From Octopus vulgaris (Eukaryota), in the NCBI GenBank assembly GCA_951406725.2, contig OX597814.1:112716001-112780000 (forward strand): a stretch of DNA of 64,000 nucleotides, read 5' to 3'. Positions 55,497 through 64,000 of the stretch are shown in pieces. The notes under the pieces are model-generated. The model saw only the letters and a program-made list of their open reading frames with translations, was not told the DNA's origin and made no database searches. Position numbers and translations under genes: made by a program. Every line of letters starts with the position of its first letter. The first letter of the stretch is position 1.

Positions 55497-55702
55497 ATAC
55501 AAATGCCAGAACTAGACGCCATTGTATTGTACCAAAGATGTCATCCATTCCATCTGAATTCTGGACCAGGTACTGCAATAGGCCAGGGTTCAAAGGCCCG
55601 CAGTTCTTCAATACCTTGCCAGAAAAATTAAGAAATCTACATAATTTGGACGCAGATGTCCTCAAAAAAGCTCCAGCATGACCGCAGCTGCGTGGCTGAA
55701 AC
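55497..55702 (+). mobile_element. CR1/L2-type LINE 3' fragment
   Basis: YTNARTRRHCIVPK..GFKGPQFFNTLP; tail CCAGCATGACCGCAGCTGCGTGGCTGAAAC. Confidence 0.85.
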
Positions 55703-55715
55703 GAATAACAGAACA

Positions 55716-55799
<84 letters not shown>

Positions 55800-55861
55800 G
55801 CAGCGTCTGTTGTATATATATCTACATATGCACGTTTGTAAATATGTATGTTCTATATAAG

Positions 55862-55893
<32 letters not shown>

Positions 55894-56088
55894 TATGTGT
55901 GTGTATATATATATATGTGTGTGTGTGTGAGTGTGTGTGTGTGTGTGTGATATATATATATATATATACACAGACACACACATATATATATATATACGAG
56001 CAAAACGCCCCCGTCCAATAGACGGTGCTGAATCATATCTGCTGAATAAAAAGCAATCAGTTCGTAAGCAAGCTATATATGTATGTAC

Positions 56089-56198
<110 letters not shown>

Positions 56199-56346
56199 GG
56201 AATAAATTATTATTCCAACCTTACAGGTAAAATTCAGTATTTAATAATATTAGACCGAATTTCGTAATATATAATATATGTATATAACTAATTTAGAGAC
56301 GAATCACCATTCTACAACTCAGTCAATGAAGAACCCGTCCAAAACC

Positions 56347-56381
<35 letters not shown>

Positions 56382-56390
56382 CATGTAAAG

Positions 56391-56665
56391 TTAATATGTG
56401 ACAATTATTCGGTAGCCATGATAAAAATCCGAGTTTCGGATGTCGGGGCGGAAACCCACGCCGCTATCTCTTCAGTTATCCAGCCATCGAAAAAATGCTA
56501 TGAAAATGACCGTTAAACAATATACTGTAATTTCCCTTTGTTTAACGGTCATTTTCATAGCATTTTTTCGATGACCGGATAACTGAAGTGATGGCGGCGT
56601 GGGTTTCCGCCCCGACATCCGAAACTCGGAGGTTTATCATGGCTACCGAATAATTGTCATATTAA
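56391..56665. mobile_element. 275-bp foldback of two inverted Penelope-type termini with hammerhead-like motifs
   Basis: Arms 56391-56520 and 56538-56665, 17-nt spacer; consensus GATAA-CTGAAGA-GATG..CATCC-GAAA-CTCGGAG-TT-TTATC. Confidence 0.85.
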
Positions 56666-56752
56666 TTTGATAGATAAATTCCTCTATTTACATAATATCA
56701 AGGTCTCATTCTTTTGTTGTCTTGCCATTTCTATCAATAATATATATATATG

Positions 56753-56793
<41 letters not shown>

Positions 56794-56797
<4 letters not shown>

Positions 56798-58051
56798 TCA
56801 TCATCATCATCATCATCGTTTAACGTCCGCTTTCCATGCTAGCATGGGTTGGACGGTTCAACTGGGGTCTGACAAGCCCGAAGGCTGCACCAGGCCAGTC
56901 AGATCTGGCAGTGTTTCTACAGCTGGATGCCCTTCCTAACGCCAACCACTCCGAGAGTGTAGTGGGTGATTTTATGTGCCACCGACACAGGTGCCAGACG
57001 AGGCTGGCAGACGGCCACGCTCGGATGGTGTTTTTTATGTGCCACCGACAAAGGTGCCAGACGAGGCTGGCTGACGGCCACGCTCGGATGGTGTTTTCTT
57101 ATGTGTCACCGACACAGGTGCCAGACGAGGCTGGCGGACGGCCATGCTCGGATGGTGTTTGTTACGTGCCCTCAGCACGGAGGCCAGTCGTTGCGGTACT
57201 GGCTACGGTCACGTTCGGATGGTTTTCTTATGTGCCACCGGCACTGGTACCACAAGGATACAAATTCCATTGATGTTCATCTATTTTGATTTGGTTCGAT
57301 TTGATTTGATTTGATTCGATTCTCACTTGCCTCAACAGGTCTTGATTCGATTCTCACTTGCCTCAACAGGTCTTCACAAGTGTCACATGAAGGAAGGTAT
57401 GCACAGGTGGACTGACTACGTCCCAGGTAGGGGCCACGGATTATGGCTTCACTAGTCTTGCCGGGTCTTCTCACGCACAGCATACTTCCATAGGTCTCGG
57501 TCTCTAGTCATTTCCATGGTGAGACCTAACGTCCGAAGGTCGTGCTTCACCACCTCGTCCCAGGTTTTCCTGGGTCTACCTCTTCCACGGGTTCCCTCAA
57601 CTGCTAGGGATTGGCACTTTCTCACACACCTATCTTCATCCATTCTCGCCACATGACCATACCAGCGCAATCGTCTCTCTTGCACACCACAACTGATGCT
57701 TCTTAGGTACAACATTTCTCTCAAGGTACTAACGCTCTGTCGAGTAAGTACACTGACATTACACATCCATCGGAGCATACTGGCTTCGTTCCTCACGAGC
57801 TTACGCATGTCCTCAGCAGTCACGGCCCATGTTTCACTGCCATGTAGCATAGCTGTTCGTACACATGCATCGTACAGTCTGCCTTTTACTCTGAGCGAGA
57901 GGCCTTTAGTCACCAGCAGAGGTAAGAGCTCCCTAAACTTTGCCCAGGCTATTCTTATTCTAGCAGTTACACTTTCAGCGCACCCACCCCCACTACTGAC
58001 TTGGTCACCTAGATAGCGGAAGCTATCAACTACTTCTAGTTTTTCCCCATG
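56794..58051 (-). mobile_element. RTE-clade LINE 3' portion with long 3' UTR and (GAT)n tail
   Basis: LEVVDSFRYLGD..ARIRIAWAKFREL..MLHGSETW..RRLRWYGHVARM..RGRGRPRKTW, open to the stop at 57452; tail GGACGTTAAACGATGATGATG. Confidence 0.93.
56970..57240. repeat. about 62-bp tandem repeat (3 copies plus a diverged remainder) inside the RTE 3' UTR
   Basis: TATGTGCCACCGACACAGGTGCCAGACGAGGCTGGC.GACGGCCACGCTCGGATGGTG repeated. Confidence 0.93.
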
Positions 58052-58098
<47 letters not shown>

Positions 58099-58301
58099 AA
58101 GTCAAATTGCGATAAAATAAAATTAATCATTATCGCTGGTATTTCTAGCACAAGCCATATATTATTCATATATCAGTACATTAAGGCGAAATATGTGCTA
58201 GAAACACAGAAGCTAGATAAATTTAGTGAAATGAAAATAAAAACATTTACTAACTCGGTTCCTCTTAGACTGCAGTTTCGTTCTTTTCAGCAATAAAGAT
58301 A

Positions 58302-58373
<72 letters not shown>

Positions 58374-58384
58374 TATATATGTGT

Positions 58385-58425
<41 letters not shown>

Positions 58426-58574
58426 GGCACGCACATTTTTTATTGATAATCAACAGAAGTTAGAATGAAAGTGGGAGTGACTGAAGGGCCGAGAGTTGGC
58501 ACTTATCAAACCGGTTTCAAATCTAGGGATCGTAAATTTAAATACCGATGATAATGGCTCGTCTGACTAAACCT

Positions 58575-58663
<89 letters not shown>

Positions 58664-58675
58664 TATTTATTTGTG

Positions 58676-58707
<32 letters not shown>

Positions 58708-59286
58708 TATTTATTTGTGCACGTACGTGCGTATGTACATATTATGTGTATATGTATATGTTTATGTGTGTGTGTGTGTATGTGTGTGTGTACGTATGCA
58801 TGTATATAAATATTTAAAAACATTGGTATAACAATATAACAATGGAGTTGTAATAATAATATCAGCAGCAACAACAACAACAGCAACAACATCACTGCCA
58901 CCCAGAACAACAACAACACAACGCTGACGATGATGGTGTGCCAATAGTTCCAGAGCTTACAGCAAGTCTTTGGCGTTGTTGTTGTTGTGTTTGTTGTTAT
59001 TACTGCTGCTCCTGCTGTTGTTGTTGTTGTTGTTGTTGTTGTTGCAGCCAGTCTCACAGATCACTGTTGATGGTAAATTGTTTGGAGGCAATCCTACCCG
59101 CCTCCACCCACTCCTACCCCACCGGAATCGTTCCCTAGTCTGCCTTTCCCAAAACCCACCACTCCCCCCACCCCCACTCTTCGGAGGTCGATCCCACTTG
59201 ATGGAACATGAAAACTACATTAGGCACTGGACGTTCTTCGATATATCATGGATATTTCCGATTACTGAACTTAGGATTATGTCATG

Positions 59287-59329
<43 letters not shown>

Positions 59330-59618
59330 ATCCATATTTCTGTGTGCATGCATGTGTAGTTGTGTGTGTAAGCGAGTGTAAGTGTGATTGTGTATATGTA
59401 TATATGCATATCTCTGCGTGACTGCGTATATACATACATAGACATTAATATATGCATATATATATATGTGTGTGTGTGTGTGTATACACATATATATATA
59501 TACATATATATACATATATATATACATATATATACATATATATATACATATATATACATATATATACATATATATACTCACATACATACACACATACATA
59601 CATACATACATACATACA

Positions 59619-59653
<35 letters not shown>

Positions 59654-59681
59654 TTTGTTGTTTCAGCTTATAGCTGCTGCC

Positions 59682-59739
<58 letters not shown>

Positions 59740-59898
59740 TCGTATGTATGTAAGTATTTATGCATGTATATGTGTGTGTGGTTTATGTATATATATATAC
59801 ATATATACATTCATATGTATATCACAAATATAAATATTAAATATATAATATATATATATCATTTCGAGCAAGCAGAGCATCAACAGCAGCAGTAGCAC

Positions 59899-59967
<69 letters not shown>

Positions 59968-61494
59968 ATTTCATATTTTTTCCCATGACCAACATCGAAA
60001 CAGTAGATTCTTTTGTGCGATTGTTTCTTTATTTAAGGCTTTTTTTTTTATCTCAGCGGGAATATTATTTGTTTTCTTTCTTTGTATTGTACCCTTTTTT
60101 TTTTACCATTTAAAGAATGGTCAAAATATATAGAAGTTTGCTTGATCTTTTAGACGAAATGAGGAGAGAGAAAGAGAGAGAATGAAAGAGAGAGTCTGAC
60201 AAATTGTGAGGAAAAATTAAAGAATAGACAAGCAGAGTGTTGTGAGCTGTGGGTTGGGGGTCTGATCATGAAATGGCAGAAGAGATGGGAGATGATACAG
60301 TTATTTATTTCCGTGTCAATAATGTCATAATATAACAATTTTCTGATTAAATTTAACCAAACTTTAAGTCAGTTGGTAAAAGGATAGGTTAAATTTCAAT
60401 GAAATATTGCTAAAAGACACGCCATGATTCAGTTTAGCGTTCAGAATATATTCAATATTTGTTTCTTCAGCATATTTATAATAAATCCCATCGCTTTTTT
60501 CCTCTTCTTTTTCTCTCTTGTTATCACTGTTTCTTCTCTATCTTTGTTTCCTCCTCCTTCTCTCTCTCTCTCTCTCCCTTTCCTCTCACTCTCTCTCTCT
60601 CTCTTTCTCACTCACTCTCTTTCTCTCTCCCCCCTCTCACTTTCGCTTTCTTTGTTCTCGCTCTATCGTCCATCTTTCCCAAGTTATTTCGTTCAGTTTC
60701 TAGCAATTCATCAAAGCAGACGACACCTTTATTGCCATCAGCACATGCCTTATTCAGCTCCATCAACAAGAAATATGGTAATATGGTATATGCAGAGATT
60801 CAGAGAATATGTACAGGTTGCTTAATCGGACCAACTTGTTATAATTAGGAAGAATGACCCAATCTTTTTCCTATTAATTTTCGTTTCTATTCAACCTCTT
60901 GTTTCGTTTGCTTTTATATATGGAGTTCGTGTTAAAAGATGAGAGAAAATAGGAAAGTAGAAAAGAGAAGGAACAGAAGTATGTGTGCAAGATGACAAAG
61001 CACCCATATATATCTGAAAACACCGATTTTTATAATGCGTTCAAAATATTTTATAACTGCAGTAACTGACGCTCTACTCAAACCCGTATATTATTATTGC
61101 CATTAATATGTAACCTAAGGAGTCAGCTGACCTCAGATCTATGAATCCACTGAAAACAGCAATCTAATTTCTACAACCATTATCTTTTCGTCGAATAAAT
61201 AAAACTTATTGATGTCTTCTCGACTAATGACAAAGACCCCGTATTAGCAGGAAGAGGAAATTGGGAAGTAAAGCTGTGCATGCCTTTCTCGAACGTATTA
61301 GCAGCGTAAAGGATGTGAAATCGCTTTAACCGACGACTGAAGCTGCATATCCATCGTTCTTTCCTCTTCAAGACAGCAGTAACCTTATTCTACAGATATT
61401 GTCTCAATCTAACCAGAAATTTTACCTGACCAGGTAGAAGATCAACCTGACGAAGAGGTGGGTGAGGAGAAAAGCGGGAGGGAGAGGTGGGAGA

Positions 61495-61556
61495 GAGGCT
61501 GTGAGAGAGAGGCGGTGTGAGAGGGAGGCGGTGTGAGAGGGAGGCGGTGTGAGAGT
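61495..61556 (+). repeat. 16-bp minisatellite (GAGGCGGTGTGAGAGG), about 4 copies
   Basis: Seen directly. Confidence 0.88.
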
Positions 61557-62409
61557 GGGGGAGAGAAACGGTAAAAGAGAACAGAGAAACAAAGGAATGA
61601 CCAGTTGATGGTTCGTATTTTGTGATTGGTCCAGTGTTGTGTCGAGGTACCTACATCTCAAATGGCTCGTTTGTAATAGATGTGCCACGGATTACATGTA
61701 GCTTCAAACTGTACCGACTCGGCAGCACTGGAAAGGAGTTGACGAGCGTTTCGTTACAGTCTAGCAGTGAGTTTTATTTCTCCTATGATAAAATATAGCT
61801 TAATGAAACACAGGCCCTCCACCAATATGACTGGTTCTAGATACACTAAATACAAAGTCTAAATACAAAATAACGCTATTAGACATCAAAGAGTTATGGA
61901 ATCAACAAAGTTGGTTAAGTTGCGGTAGCATGGTAAAATAGATAAGACGTCCGCTTCGAAATCATGCGGTCTTCATTCCGTGTGTATGTTTGAGAGAAAT
62001 TTTGCTGCTATTTCAAGTAGTTCAAGCAACCACACCACGTACGGGGTTCGCTCTTTGTTTTTGTCGTTGCTTAGTCCCAGGTCATTCCAGACTGAATAAA
62101 CTTAAATTCTAATTCCAACCATTCTAACCGTGACAATGCTGTAAATTTCTTTCGGGCAGTGTCTATACGACAAACCCACCACCACTACCACCACCTTCTT
62201 ATGTATCGTTTGTTCTTTAAAAGAGAGAGGTGTGATTTGAGGAAAATTTTTCTCTTATTTCTAGCATGTCGAGCGAATATGACGAGGCACAAAAGAGCGG
62301 GGCCCTTATCGTCTCGTTTGTACGTCTTTAGTTTCAGTTGGGGGGTGGGTCACAGCGAGAAGAGGAACCGGACACAACCAGAGCACGATCGTCACATCGT
62401 ACTCTGGTT

Positions 62410-63005
62410 GTCGAGCTGGCAGAAACGTTAGCACGCCGGGCGAAATGCTTAGCAGTATTTCGTCTGCCGCTACGTTCTGAGTTCAAATTCCGCTGAGGTC
62501 GACTTTGCCTTTCATCCTTTCGGAGTCGATTAAATAAGTACCAGTTACGCACTGGGGTCGATGTAATCGACTTAATCCCTTTGTCTGTCCTTGTTTGTCC
62601 GCTCTGTGTTTAGCCCCTTGTGGGTAGTAAAGAAATATGTATTTCGTCTGCCGCTACGTTCTGAGTTCAAATTCCGCCAAGGTGAACTTTGCCTTTCATC
62701 CCTTCGGAATCGATTAAATAAGTACCAGTTGTGCACTGGGGTCGATGTAATCGACTTAATCCCTTTGTCTGTTCTTGTTTGTCCGCTCTGTGTTTAGCTC
62801 CTTGTGGGTAGTAGAGAAATATGTATTTCGTCTGCCGCTACGTTCTAAGTTCAAATTCCGCCGAGGTCGACTTTGCCTTTCATCCTTTCGGGGTCGATCA
62901 AATAAGTACCAGTTACGCACTGGGGTCGATATAATCGACTTAATCCGTTTGTCTGTCCTTGTTTATCTCCCCTGTGTGTAGCCCCTTGTGGGCAGTAAAG
63001 AAATA
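62410..63005 (+). mobile_element. family B SINE trimer (184-bp period)
   Basis: Head plus units joined by GAAATATGTATTTCGTC at 62632 and 62816. Confidence 0.94.
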
Positions 63006-63446
63006 TGGGCACGATCGTCATATAGCCTGCACTGTACATGTCCTTAAAACGTACGAACAGTTTCCAATACGCACATGTGGTAAACTTTAAACGGAATCTT
63101 TCCAAAACTAATTCGGTGGCCATCATTTTGTTTGTTTTCTTTCTTTTCCTCTCCTCCTCCTTCCCATTCTCCTCCACCTCCTACTGCTTCATCTCTGTTT
63201 ACATTCTTTTGCTTTGACCGCCATGTTTGTTACCTTCGTTTCTTCTTCCCTTGAATCAACATTATCATAAGCGAACCGTTAATATCAAACGTTTGCCTTT
63301 TGTGCCTGAGATCTAAGAATCTAAGAAGTTAACCTGTCTTAAAAGAAGATTATGTGTGTATGATGTGTGTGTATATGAATGTTTGTGCATATAGCTATAC
63401 GCGTATATATGTGTAAGCACATTATATACATATGTATATTTATATG

Positions 63447-63515
<69 letters not shown>

Positions 63516-63668
63516 GTATATGTACATATGTATATATATATACTCATATACATATATTGACAGAGAAGGAGAGGGTGAGTGAAAGAGACAGAGAGAAAGA
63601 AAACAAGAGTGTTAATAGATATATGCGCATATCTGTGCATATATGCAAATAAACGGATATATATAGAC

Positions 63669-63826
<158 letters not shown>

Positions 63827-63893
63827 TGTATGTATGTATGTATGTATGTATATATGCATGTAGATGTATGTAGACGTATGTATATTTGAATGC

Positions 63894-63931
<38 letters not shown>

Positions 63932-64000
63932 GCATACATATACAGACAAATAGATAAACATAATAGACACACTAACATCTAATTGTTTTGAGCGTAAAAT

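Noticed and set aside
56970-57240. CRISPR-like array or repeat protein (ORFs 56836 and 56966)
   Set aside because: Plain tandem repeat in a LINE 3' UTR with no spacers and no cas genes.
59145-59180. G-quadruplex-capable tract on the minus strand
   Set aside because: A single generic motif with no supporting context.
62455-63005. CRISPR-like or satellite array
   Set aside because: Whole 184-bp units repeat with no unique spacers, and they are SINE bodies.

Overview
AT-rich eukaryotic DNA packed with microsatellites and transposon relics. The repeat mix (tRNA-headed SINEs with internal microsatellites, CR1/L2-type, RTE and R4/Dong-type LINEs, Penelope-like elements, mariner relics) suggests an octopod cephalopod; this is an inference. 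I found no host protein-coding gene, rRNA, true tRNA or CRISPR array. Nearly all listed ORFs are microsatellite or SINE artefacts, and the only real coding sequence is retroelement RT/endonuclease and mariner transposase fragments. Points worth following up: (1) head-to-tail SINE multimers at separate loci that restart at the same base, where the 3' end (GAAATA) is complementary to the restart site (TATTTC); (2) more than a dozen minimal hammerhead-ribozyme-like motifs from Penelope-like termini, including U3-A8 covariant cores, one with a long stem II, and three inverted foldback pairs; (3) a SINE/LINE shared 3' stem-loop with compensatory changes; (4) several R4/Dong-type families stacked in (TAA)n tracts. 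Coordinates were read by eye, and family names come from recalled motifs, not database searches.
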